A stretch of DNA of 37,300 nucleotides from assembly GCA_009785715.1 (NCBI GenBank), contig WQVT01000001.1, positions 1 through 37,300 on the forward strand. The letters are read 5' to 3'. Of this stretch, positions 1 to 10,400 are shown piece by piece; position 1 is the stretch's first letter; the number at the start of each line of letters is the position of its first letter. The stretch is from Acidimicrobiaceae bacterium. GTDB lineage: Bacteria > Actinomycetota > Acidimicrobiia > Acidimicrobiales > Palsa-688. The notes under the pieces were generated by a model, which was given only the letters and a program-made list of their open reading frames with translations, ran no database searches and was not told the DNA's origin. The translations under genes were made by a program, and so were the position numbers.

Positions 1-507
1 ATCAAGCTGACCGGCGTCGATCCCTCCTGGGCGGCGGCGCTGGGCACCATCGCCATGCACGAGTCGGGCGGCAACCCATCGGTCGACCAGGGCGGCCTCA
101 GCGGCTACGCGCAGGCGCACGGCGTGATGCAGATGATTCAGGCCACGTTCGCCGCCAACGCGCTGCCCGGCCATACCGACATCTACAACCCGGTCGACAA
201 CATCGCGTCGGCGATCGAGTACATCAAGCAGCGGTACGGAAACCCCAACAACACGCCCGGCATCCGCTCCATCAACTCCGGCGGGTCTTACCAGGGCTAT
301 GCCACTGGTGGCATAGCCCTCACTCCGCAACTCGCCGCCCTTGCCGAGAACGGCCCTGAAGCCGTGCTGCCCCTGACTGGCGCGCGCGGCGGTGAACTCT
401 CCGATCAGACCGACCTCTTGCAGGAGGCCGTGGACATCCTGAAGCAGATCGCCGCACCGAACCCGAAGGTGCCGTCGAGCTTCAGCGCCCGGATGAGGCA
501 CGCATGA
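1..507 (+). CDS. Tape measure protein, C-terminal fragment (5' end outside window) with a lytic-transglycosylase-like motif
   Basis: Frame 1 is open from nt 1 (IKLTGVDPSWAAALGTIAMHESGGNP...GVMQMIQATF). This is the E-S-G-G-N plus GxMQ signature of SLT-type muramidase modules often embedded in siphovirus tape measure proteins. Stop TGA 505-507 overlaps the next ATG (ATGA), and tail genes follow. Confidence 0.6.
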   Translation: MKLTGVDPSWAAALGTIAMHESGGNPSVDQGGLSGYAQAHGVMQMIQATFAANALPGHTDIYNPVDNIASAIEYIKQRYGNPNNTPGIRSINSGGSYQGYATGGIALTPQLAALAENGPEAVLPLTGARGGELSDQTDLLQEAVDILKQIAAPNPKVPSSFSARMRHA

Positions 508-3500
508 GCACTCCCTACGCCCCTGATTGGATCACACCAGCCCAGCCCGGCCTCATCACCAACGGTGCCGGTGGGACCGCCACAGGGACCGCTCAGGGCG
601 CGTTCACGCCACCCCTGACGCTTCGATACGCCTCCCCCGCCGGACAGCAGGACGGGCCGGTCTCCGTCCACTACAGGCTCACTCAGACCACGCTCAAGGG
701 TGCGCCGATCAATCCCACCGTGGTCTACGACTCGGGCTGGGGCCAGCCCGCTGTGCGGCCCACGGGGGCCACCTCACCGCTGCCAACAACGACGCGGCTC
801 ACCTCGCGCGGAGCGCTCTGGTCGGAGGCGGTCGGGCGCGTCTACCTCTTCGACTACCAGCGGAACCTGGTCTGGTCGGCTCCCGTGTCGGGCACCTCGG
901 TGGGCTCCTGGCGGGCCGAGAATCCGCCCCCGTCGGGCTGGCTCTTGTGGGGCGATCCCACGCTCGTCTGCGGCCAAATCTTCGCCATGACGCGCAACGG
1001 CATCGTCCAGGTGCCGCTCAACGCCGACGGCACGCTCGGCACGTGGATTTACTCCGGCGTCGCGGGCGGGCCTGCGCAGGCCGCACAGGGCGCTCCCACC
1101 GTGAACACCATCCAGTCGGCGGCGGGGCTGGTCGGCCTTGACTACGGCCAGGGGCTGGGCGGCGTGATCGTGATCCTTCAGGCGGGAGCCAACTCTTACA
1201 GCTACCCGATCGACCCCGGCACGCAGACGGTCAGTGGTCAGATCGCCGGTCCGGCGCTCCCGATCCAGTGGTTCAACGGGGCCGCCGTCTTCGACACCTC
1301 GTGGTGGCCGGGCAGCGCCAACGCCGGGACGCAGGTCTATCTGCATGTGATCCCGGGGCGCACCGGAGTTGCGACCGGCGGCGACACGTTCTGGACGACC
1401 ATGACGGTCCCCTACGATCCCGCGCCGGGGACGCTGGGAGCGTCGTGGAACGCGGGCGCGCCGCTGCCCAACTGGGTGAACAGCTTCGGCTTCGCCGCCA
1501 CTCCCCAAATGCTGTCCGGAGGCAGGCTCAACGGTCCCGACTACGGCAAAGACCAGGACATGTACCTGTTCTCGGGGCAGGCCACGGCCAACACGGTGCC
1601 GGTCACCAGCATCCTCGCCATCTCGGGAGTGCGGTTCCGGAACAGCACCGCCGGAGGCTGGGGCAGCGTGACGCCGGTCAGCGGCTGGACGCCAGCGATC
1701 GGGTGCGGGGCCTGCAGTTGGCCGATGTCGGGCGCGAACACCGGGCTCCCGGCCTTCTGCATCGGCCAGTTCGGAGGCACGACCGACGCGCAGGGAAGCT
1801 CAGGCGTGCTCGCCGTGCAGACGTTCTTCCCCGGGCAGTTGGCCTCAGCGCCCGCGAACTCCGTCCCGCCGTTCTACTCGCCGGGCACCAACAACCCGAT
1901 GCCGGTCACCAGCGGGCCAGGCCAGGTGCTGCCCGACGCGCGCCTGCAGGGGGACGGGAGCTACCTCTACACGTTCACGCCGAGCCTGCCATCGCAGAGC
2001 ACGTGGGGCGGCCCCTATGACGGCGACAGCTACACGCTGCAGGTGGACTTCGCCTGCCAGACGACCGGCGATCCGAGCCCGTCTGCGCTGACCACGATCG
2101 ACTTCGCCAAGCCGCCGTCGGTGACGAACGTCAAGCCCAGCGGACGCTACCCCGACGGAAGCCCGACGGTCAGCTTTACCTACCAGGCGGGCGCGTTCGG
2201 CGGTCCGCTGGAGTCGTGGCGCGCCATCATCACTCTCGGCGACGTCACCTATGCCGACTCGGGGCTGCAGTACGGGGACACGACGTGGACGCCGATGCCC
2301 GCCCCCTGCCTCGCGCCCGGCCACAACTACGGGCTCTCGATCACGGTCAACTCGACGGACGACCCGATGACGTCGAGCGACTCCGCCTCCGCCACCTACT
2401 TCGGGACCTTCTCGCCGGAGTACGTCGCGCCGGACTCGCCCTTCAACTTCGTGTGCACCCAGGACTTCTCCCGGGGCGCGGTCGCGGCCACCTGGCAGAA
2501 CCCGGCGAACGTGGTCTTCAACCGCATCTACTACCGGCTGCACTACTCGGAGGACCCGACCTGGTGGCTGCTGCAGGAGGGCATCCACGCCGACCCCAGC
2601 GGCACCAACTCAATCACGCTGATCGACCAGTTGGCGCTCCGGCAGTACTACGACTTCGCGGTCACCGGACTCGACGCGGCCCAGACGCGTGAGTCGGGGG
2701 TCTCCATCGCCATCGCCAACGGCGACATGGAGGACGAGGGTCCGGCAGACGTCACGCCGGGCGCGCAGAGCGCCTTCAGCGAGAGCTTCGAGCAGAACCC
2801 CTACAGCACTGTGCTCTGGCGCAGCCTCGGGACCGACTGTCTGAACACTGCGGACGGCTGGACGATGGTCAGTCCCGGCGTGACGATGGAGTCGAACTCC
2901 CTCCGCATCGGTGACGGGCTGAACACGCAGTGGCGCGCCAACCGGGGCGGCAACGGCAGCCCGGGCTGGGCGCAGGCCGGGCACCCGGACTGGGGCGACG
3001 GAACATTCTCGGTGCGCCTCACGATCCCCCTTGGCGGCGCGCCGTGCTGGCCCAAGGTGATGGTGCACGTCGCGCCCGGCGGTGCGTCGTGGGTGTCGTT
3101 CGAGTGGGTGCCATCGAGCAACTACAACGTGCCCGGCAACAGCGGGCGGCTGCGCATCTTCGTCGCGTCTCCGCAGTTGACGACCACTCCCGTGCCCGAC
3201 GGTGCCTCCGACATCCCGCAGACGCCGGGCGGGTCCTTCTGGATGGTCTTCACCGTCCAGGATCACAACTACACCGGGCACCTCTACACCGACTCCAACG
3301 GGAGCATCGGGACGCTACTCGGCTCGATCTCCGCGAGTGTCTGGCCGACGGCGGTCGGTGCCGGTCAGATCGCGCTCACGTGCCTCAACGGTGAGGTGGT
3401 CTATGGCGGCCCGTACGCCAACGTCTGCACCTGGTCCGGACCCGCGCCCAGTAACTGGACGCCGGACATGCCGAGTGGCGTGCTGCCGTCCACGACGCAG

Positions 3501-6500
3501 CGCACGCTCGACGAGAGCTTCGCCGACACCAGCGGGTGGACGGCTACGTCCTCCTACGGGTGGGCGGGTTCGGTCACCGACACGGCGAACACGGTCACCA
3601 TCCCGCCAGGCTTCCTCCTCCTGTCGAACGCCAACACCTTCAGGGACGGCATCTTCACGCTCCGCTTCCAGCAAGGCACGGACCCTTTCAGCGGCTGGGT
3701 GGTGATCCGGGCCACCTCGATCGCTCCCAACACCTCGGTCATCAACGGCGTGATCGTGGGCTGGAACGGTTACTACAACAACCCCGGCAGGCTGTACATC
3801 AACCCGTCGACCGCCGCCAACGGCTGGCAGAACGGCGGGGTCTCGTCGAGCGCGATCACCTGGACGCCTGGTGCCTGGTACTGGATGAAGATCACGGCGC
3901 AGGGCGCGAACGTCACCGCGCAGATTTTCAGCGACAACGCGGGGGCGATCGGCAGTCTCATCGTCCAGACGAGCGCGTTCATCCCCGACGCCGGGCTTCA
4001 GGTCGGGTCGGTCGGAGTCTTCAACGCCTGCCAACTCGGTAACTCGAACTTCGTCATCGGCGGGAACTACGCCAGCATCTGCACCTGGGACGCCTACGAC
4101 CTCGGGCTGATCACCCCCGCCGGAACGCCCGCCGCCACCGAGAGCGCGTTCACCGACACCTTCGCGAACCTCAACGCCTGGTACCAGGCGAGCACCGCCG
4201 CCAACGCCACGCTCGCCTCAAACGTGGTCTCGCTCGTGCCCGGCTCGTGTCTACTCTCGAACGCCGTCTATGACGACGGCATCTGGACCGTCCGCGTGCG
4301 CAACGGGGCGAACGCCAGCCTCTGCCCTTGGATGACGGTGCGCGGCTCCAACCCCGGCTCGGCGTGGAACGGTGCTTGGTGGGTGCCCAACAGCATCTCG
4401 ATCCAGTGGAGCCGAGGCAACACCAACGGCGTCTACGGGATCGCCATGCACAAGTCGATCAACGGCGCGCTCACCCCACTGGCGGAGTCGATCCAGGTCT
4501 TCACCGTGACCGCCAACGCCTGGTACTGGGTGCGCGTGGTGATGCAGGGGCCAAACATCACCTTCCAGATGTTCAACGACAACAACGGGGCGATGGGGAC
4601 ACTGATCGGCGAGTGCACCGGGTACGCGGCCGACGCGGTGCTGTCGCGTGGCTCCATCGGCTTCGGCGCGCAGCCGGGCACCGGCATGAACACCTTCCAG
4701 ATGGGAGGGGCTTTCGCCGACGTCTGCACCTTCGAGACCTTCACCCCTGCCAGCGGCCCCGGCGAGCCCGCCTTCGCCCACTCCGGCTGGTTCGCTCAGG
4801 ACGGGCAGATGTCGGCGTCGATCTACCAGCCGACCGGTCAGAACCTGACGCTGAGCTATCCGTCGTGGGCGCGCCAGTTCGAGCAGGTGCTGGTGCCGGT
4901 GCAGCAGAACTGCGTCTACCAGTTCTCGGCGCAGATCAATAGCTCGGCTCCGCCGAACGCGGGCCTGGTCGTCCAGGAGTACTCCAGCAGCGGCGCGCTG
5001 GTTGCGAGCACGACGCTCACGGATCAGGGCGGCGGGCTTGCCTGGCGCGGCGCGTATCCGGTCACCGCCGCCGGGTCGAGCGCAAACTACACGACGACCA
5101 CCTACGGGACCCTCGTCCGGCAGGCTCCGTCGTTCGCCGCCACCAGCACGGGGTCGATCCAGGAGGGCCAACCGAGCATGGTGCTGGCGCAGGCCGTGCC
5201 CGATCAGCAGCAGGCTGGGTACAACTGGTGGCCCATTGCCTGGCAGGGCGGGACCTCCTACCTCTGGGTCGCCGACGCTCCCGGCCCGGCGACTGTCACG
5301 CGCGGCGGCCTTCAGCCCACCACGGTGTCGATGAGCGTCCGGTTGATCCCGAACCCGTTGACGGCGTTCATCTCCGTGCGATGCGCCGCCTTCGGCCCCG
5401 GGCTGCACTACTGGGACATGCTGGCGATCACGGCGATCCCCAACACCTCGATCGCCTACTTCACCAGCGTCGGCACCGACGCCACCGGCACGCTCGACGC
5501 GTGGACGCCCACCCAGGGCGCGGAGAATCCCTACCTCGCGGCGGTCACGAATGATCAGCCCGCCGCTTGGTGGCGGCTGGACGACATAGGGCCGCTGGCG
5601 GCGGACTCGACAGCGGGGCGCAGGAGCGCGCTGCTGAGTGCGACCGGCGTGACGCAGGGGGTACTCAGCCCGATTCAGGGCGATGCTCCGGTGGACCGGG
5701 CGACTGCTTTCGACGGCACCGGGTCGATCGCGCTGCCCACCGATGTCCCGGTGGGCCAGGTCGCCGGGCAGCCGTGGACGCTGCAGTGCTGGTTCATGGT
5801 CGACCCCTCAGCGCCGATGGCGGACGCGCCCCAGATATTCAACAACAGCAGTGGCGGCGAACTGGTTCAACTGGGCTTCAACTCCGCCGGTCAACTCACG
5901 GTGCTCTGCCAATCGGGCAACCCGCTGACGATCACGACCCCGAACTTCCGGGACGGCAACTGGCACCACGTCGTGGTCACCAACAGCGGCGACCCCAACA
6001 ACACGCTCACGATCTCGGTGGACGGAGCGCAGTTGGGGAACCTCGTCGGCGGCGGCGGTCGCCTCTTCTACCCGGGCAGCGATCGCAACCCCCTGCTCGG
6101 AGGGCCGGGCATCCCGGGCGCGCCCACGGGCGTCACCGCGACAGGGATGGATGCCGCCGCGCTGGTCTCGTGGACCGCGCCCACGTTGAACGGCGGGTCG
6201 CCGATCACCGGCTACCGCATCCAGCGCAGCAGCTACCAGTCGTCGCCTGCGGGGGGAGCGCTCAGCACGTGGGGCTTCGCCGCCTCGGTGAACGGACTTG
6301 CCGTAACGATCTCCGTCTGGGGCATGGCGTACCAGCAGGTGCTGACGGCGACATTCGGATCAAGCGGCACCATCACGCTGCCCGCAGCCGATCAGTCAGG
6401 GTTCTGCAGTTACACCTACAACTTCGCTGCCGCCGGACAGGCGGTGGTCAACGTGTACGGCGGCTCGTCGGGCACGTACCACACCGCGACCGTGCAGGTC

Positions 6501-7421
6501 GGCGGCACCGCGCCCGTTGCCTCCGACATTGTCACCGCCGCCGCCACGCCGACTTCGTTCTCTGTCTCGGGCACCGGCTCGGGCATCCCGACCCAATTCC
6601 GCGTGCAGGCGGTCAACGCGGTCGGGTCAGGGCCTTGGTCGGCCTGGACGACGGTAGTCACACCGACCACGCCGTCTGCCATCTACACCGTCCCCGGACC
6701 GCCGACGATCAACCAGAACGTGACCGTCGGCGTCCAGCAACTCGCCGTCTACTGGACGCCGCCCGCGAATAACGGGGGGACGCCGATCACCGGCTACTAC
6801 CTGGAGTGGGCGCAGACCAACAGCAACACGTGGTACGGCATTTCGGGCGCGTGGAACGTGGGCAACGTGACCGGCATCTGGGTCGGCCCACTCAGCGAGA
6901 GCATCGGGTACGCGTTCCGGGTCTCCGCCGTCAACGCGGTGGGGCGCGGGCCGGTTTCGATCGGCGGCTACGGGCCGTCGCTGGATAGTGCGTTCACCAT
7001 CACCACCTACCCGGCAGCACCGCCACCCGCGATCCAGACCATCACCGTCGGCGCGTCGACCGCGATGGCGACGGGCATCTGGGGCAGCATGGTCAACCCG
7101 CTGCAGGTCTACTTCTCGATCCCGCGCGCGGGCCAGATACACGTCTACGGCAACATCACCGCCCGGCCCGAGTACTGGGCCAACAACACCTACCCGACCG
7201 GCACCCGCTATCTGTGGACGAACACCTCCTGGGGGAACTCCGGCAAGTACCTGCTCGGCGGCACCAGTCCGACGTGGTCTACGTACGAGACGGTGAACCG
7301 TGACGACTGGTTCAACTGCTCCTACGGCGGCAACTTCCTGGCGCAGTGGGTGGTTGAGGCCGGGGGCGGCAACCAGATTCGAGTGACCGGCGGCTCGCTC
7401 TATGTGGTCTTCGTGGGTTAG
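504..7421 (+). CDS. Giant minor tail / host-recognition protein (2305 aa) with repeated beta-sandwich modules, a CBM-like domain, an incomplete LamG domain and FN3 domains
   Basis: Uninterrupted 6.9-kb ORF with C/G-rich third positions, coupled to the tape measure gene by ATGA. Three paralogous ~190-aa modules each end in GG-x-Y-A-x-(V/I)-C-T-(W/F) (nt ~2770-3433, 3505-4087, 4135-4733). A LamG-like stretch reads AAWWRLDD...WTLQCWF...GNWHHVVV...ISVDGAQLG. FN3 signatures include SWTAPTLNGGSPITGYRIQ, FRVQAVNAVGSGPWS, YWTPPANNGGTPITGYYLEW and FRVSAVNAVGRGP. Confidence 0.85.
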   Translation: MSTPYAPDWITPAQPGLITNGAGGTATGTAQGAFTPPLTLRYASPAGQQDGPVSVHYRLTQTTLKGAPINPTVVYDSGWGQPAVRPTGATSPLPTTTRLTSRGALWSEAVGRVYLFDYQRNLVWSAPVSGTSVGSWRAENPPPSGWLLWGDPTLVCGQIFAMTRNGIVQVPLNADGTLGTWIYSGVAGGPAQAAQGAPTVNTIQSAAGLVGLDYGQGLGGVIVILQAGANSYSYPIDPGTQTVSGQIAGPALPIQWFNGAAVFDTSWWPGSANAGTQVYLHVIPGRTGVATGGDTFWTTMTVPYDPAPGTLGASWNAGAPLPNWVNSFGFAATPQMLSGGRLNGPDYGKDQDMYLFSGQATANTVPVTSILAISGVRFRNSTAGGWGSVTPVSGWTPAIGCGACSWPMSGANTGLPAFCIGQFGGTTDAQGSSGVLAVQTFFPGQLASAPANSVPPFYSPGTNNPMPVTSGPGQVLPDARLQGDGSYLYTFTPSLPSQSTWGGPYDGDSYTLQVDFACQTTGDPSPSALTTIDFAKPPSVTNVKPSGRYPDGSPTVSFTYQAGAFGGPLESWRAIITLGDVTYADSGLQYGDTTWTPMPAPCLAPGHNYGLSITVNSTDDPMTSSDSASATYFGTFSPEYVAPDSPFNFVCTQDFSRGAVAATWQNPANVVFNRIYYRLHYSEDPTWWLLQEGIHADPSGTNSITLIDQLALRQYYDFAVTGLDAAQTRESGVSIAIANGDMEDEGPADVTPGAQSAFSESFEQNPYSTVLWRSLGTDCLNTADGWTMVSPGVTMESNSLRIGDGLNTQWRANRGGNGSPGWAQAGHPDWGDGTFSVRLTIPLGGAPCWPKVMVHVAPGGASWVSFEWVPSSNYNVPGNSGRLRIFVASPQLTTTPVPDGASDIPQTPGGSFWMVFTVQDHNYTGHLYTDSNGSIGTLLGSISASVWPTAVGAGQIALTCLNGEVVYGGPYANVCTWSGPAPSNWTPDMPSGVLPSTTQRTLDESFADTSGWTATSSYGWAGSVTDTANTVTIPPGFLLLSNANTFRDGIFTLRFQQGTDPFSGWVVIRATSIAPNTSVINGVIVGWNGYYNNPGRLYINPSTAANGWQNGGVSSSAITWTPGAWYWMKITAQGANVTAQIFSDNAGAIGSLIVQTSAFIPDAGLQVGSVGVFNACQLGNSNFVIGGNYASICTWDAYDLGLITPAGTPAATESAFTDTFANLNAWYQASTAANATLASNVVSLVPGSCLLSNAVYDDGIWTVRVRNGANASLCPWMTVRGSNPGSAWNGAWWVPNSISIQWSRGNTNGVYGIAMHKSINGALTPLAESIQVFTVTANAWYWVRVVMQGPNITFQMFNDNNGAMGTLIGECTGYAADAVLSRGSIGFGAQPGTGMNTFQMGGAFADVCTFETFTPASGPGEPAFAHSGWFAQDGQMSASIYQPTGQNLTLSYPSWARQFEQVLVPVQQNCVYQFSAQINSSAPPNAGLVVQEYSSSGALVASTTLTDQGGGLAWRGAYPVTAAGSSANYTTTTYGTLVRQAPSFAATSTGSIQEGQPSMVLAQAVPDQQQAGYNWWPIAWQGGTSYLWVADAPGPATVTRGGLQPTTVSMSVRLIPNPLTAFISVRCAAFGPGLHYWDMLAITAIPNTSIAYFTSVGTDATGTLDAWTPTQGAENPYLAAVTNDQPAAWWRLDDIGPLAADSTAGRRSALLSATGVTQGVLSPIQGDAPVDRATAFDGTGSIALPTDVPVGQVAGQPWTLQCWFMVDPSAPMADAPQIFNNSSGGELVQLGFNSAGQLTVLCQSGNPLTITTPNFRDGNWHHVVVTNSGDPNNTLTISVDGAQLGNLVGGGGRLFYPGSDRNPLLGGPGIPGAPTGVTATGMDAAALVSWTAPTLNGGSPITGYRIQRSSYQSSPAGGALSTWGFAASVNGLAVTISVWGMAYQQVLTATFGSSGTITLPAADQSGFCSYTYNFAAAGQAVVNVYGGSSGTYHTATVQVGGTAPVASDIVTAAATPTSFSVSGTGSGIPTQFRVQAVNAVGSGPWSAWTTVVTPTTPSAIYTVPGPPTINQNVTVGVQQLAVYWTPPANNGGTPITGYYLEWAQTNSNTWYGISGAWNVGNVTGIWVGPLSESIGYAFRVSAVNAVGRGPVSIGGYGPSLDSAFTITTYPAAPPPAIQTITVGASTAMATGIWGSMVNPLQVYFSIPRAGQIHVYGNITARPEYWANNTYPTGTRYLWTNTSWGNSGKYLLGGTSPTWSTYETVNRDDWFNCSYGGNFLAQWVVEAGGGNQIRVTGGSLYVVFVG

Positions 7422-7430
7422 GAGGAGCAG

Positions 7431-10400
7431 ATGTCCTACTTCCAGGGATCGCTCAGCCAGCTTGCGGTCTATCCGTACGCGCTCACGCCCGCCGAGATTC
7501 TGGCGCACTACGCCGCCGCTTACGCCGACGCGATCCCGGTCTACCCCTCGATCGCGAATCACATCGTGACCATGCCCAACGGCACCACGCTCATGGGCGG
7601 TCACCCGACGTGGACCGACGGCACCTTCCGGCTGCGCTGGCAGGTTCCCGCGATCGGCAACGGCGCGTTCACGGTGCAGTTCGGGTCCGCCGAGGTAGAG
7701 GTCTCGGTCAACGCGGGAGTGCTCACCTCTTCGGTGGGGGTCTCGGGATCGTGGGCGGTGACCGGAAGCGCGCCGGTCACGCCGGGCAACTGGTACTGGG
7801 TTTACCTGACCAACCAGGGCACGCTGTCGAGCTACTACATCGTGGCCGACGAGAACGGCGCGCCTGGCCCGACCAAGCTCGTCTCCGGCTCCGGCGTCTT
7901 CACCAACCGCCCGCCGCGCCCGATCCTGCTCAGCGTCAGCCAGGGGCCGATCCTCTTCGGCGGCAACTACCCGCAGGTCTGCACCGTGTACCCGGCCGTG
8001 CTGCCAGCGGACTGGCTGATGGTCAACGCGCCGGGCTGGAACGTACTGGAGCCCGCCTTCTGCTGGGACACGACGACCGCCCAGTCGGGCAGCCGGTCGC
8101 TCTCGATCCAGTCGGGCATCATCGCCGACCCCACGTGGTGGGTGACGCAGTCGCCGGACGAGTGGAACTCGATCCCGGCCACCGCCTCGACACCCTACTC
8201 GTTCACCGGCTGGATCAAGACGATGGGCAACGAGACGATGGGTCCGATCTACCAGTCGGAGGTGCTCAGCACGCCGGGCATCCGCGCCTACTACCGGCTC
8301 GACGACCATGCCGCCACCGCCATCGCCGACCTCGGCAGCATGGGCGCGAACGGATCGGGCACCGGGGCCATGCTCACCGACCAGGCTGGGCTCATCGCGG
8401 CCGACCCCAACAGCGCGTTCCTGCTCCAGGGCGGCATCATCTCCTGGCCGCAGGCTGCGCTGGGCGACTCGTGGTCATGGGAGTGCTGGTTCCAGGCACC
8501 GACCACGCTGCCGCTCGGCGGCTTCTACGAGCTACTGCGCTGGGGCAATACGCGGATCGCGCTTGACGAGAACAACCGCCTCGACTTCGGGCCGCTGAAG
8601 TCACCGAACTCGGTCGCTGACGGGAACCCGCATCACCTCGTGGTCAGCGTCTCGCCGACCGCCATCTGGATGTACCTCGACGGCGGGCCGATCGGCTACA
8701 CCGATCTCACACCGACGCCGCTGCCGCTGACGGTGCCGGTCACCTACCCCGAGGTGGTGCAGGACATCCCGGGGCTCGCGCACTACTGGCGACTCGGCGG
8801 TGGCGGTCCGTGGCAGGACATCATCGGAGGCATAGCCGCGACCGCCGTCGGAGCCGGGACAGTGACGCCTGTGCCGGGCTTGGTGGGGGACGACGACGGA
8901 GCGATCAGGACGACGTCGACCTCCGGTGTCGGAACCGCGTCGCTGCTGCCTGCGTACACGACGTGGTCGTGGGCCTTCCTCTTCAAGATCGCCACCACCG
9001 ACATGACGATGACGTCCAACTACGTCCTCTACACGGGCGCGTCCGGCGTCATCGGCCCGCGCGTTTACCTGTCGCTCGATGTCGCCACGGGACGCCGGTA
9101 CCTCTACTTCTACGGCACAAACCTCAGCGGAGTGAGCGCATACACCACGCTCTGGAGCGGCGACAAGGACTACAACGACGGCCAGACACATCACGTTGTG
9201 GTCACCTGGGACGGCGTGACGGCAAGCCTCTACAGTGACGGCGTCCTTCGCCAATCGCGCGTCGCTGTGGACCCGAACCAGATGATCATGCCCGCCGGTC
9301 GGCTGGTCCGCATGGGCTGCTACACCGCCAGCAGCGGACAGGAATGGGATGGGATCGTGGACGAGGTCTCTTGGTGGGATCGCGCGCTCGATCAGTCGGA
9401 GGTCACCGCGCTGTATCAGGCGATCCCCAAGACGCCCGTCGACCGCCTCATCAGCGGCCTGGCGGGCGATGTCGAGCACGACATCACGGTCCAGGCCTTC
9501 AACGCGTCAGGCGGCGGTCCGGCCGCGACCGCCAGTACCGCACCGTGGGGCGCGCTCTACGCCACCAGCGTGACCGCCGGGTACGGCATCCCGGGCACAA
9601 GCTGGCTGAAGCTCGACGAGGTGGCCTTCTACACCGCCGCACTAACGGCGGATCAGGTCGGCGCGCACTGGGTCGCCGGGTCGTCGAGCGACGCGCTCGG
9701 CCCCCAGGGTGCCGGGTGGTACGAGGTATGGGAGTGGGATGCCCTCGGCAACATGGTGGCCCGCCACCTGAGCGCCGGTCCGCCCGCCGATGCGCTGCTC
9801 GGCTGGGGACAAGTGACGGTCAACTTCACCACCCAGCCCAACGCCACCTACTTCTCGATCCGCACCGTGCTGGTCGCCACCGGCACGGTCTGGTTCGACA
9901 ATGTCCTGGTCGCGCCCGACGTCTCCTCTGGCGCGGTGACGAACGTGACCGATGGGGTGCGGGTGATGGGGCCACCGGCCATGTCGGTCTTCCACCTCGC
10001 GGGGAACAACGGGGCGGATGTGGTGCCGCTCTTCTTCGGCACCTACAGCCGCTCCCAGGAGGGCGGGCCTCAGGTCACCACCAACATGGACGTGACGCAG
10101 ATTCCGATCTTCAACCTGGCGCAGCCGATCACCCGCACCGGAGCGATCAAGTGGAGGCAGGTGCAGTTCAACGCCATGTTCCTCGCGCCGGAGGCGATGG
10201 CGCAGTACACCGCGCTCCGGAACACGGCCTACGCCAGCAACACCCCGATCTTCTTCCGCGATCAGTCGGGACGACAGGCGCTGGTGCAGCAGTCGCCGCA
10301 GGGCCACCAGGTGCAGCACGAGCCCAGCAACTACCGGCGGCGCTACGACCTTCAGAACACATACCTGGAGGTCCCGAACACGGTCTCGCCGTACACGCCA

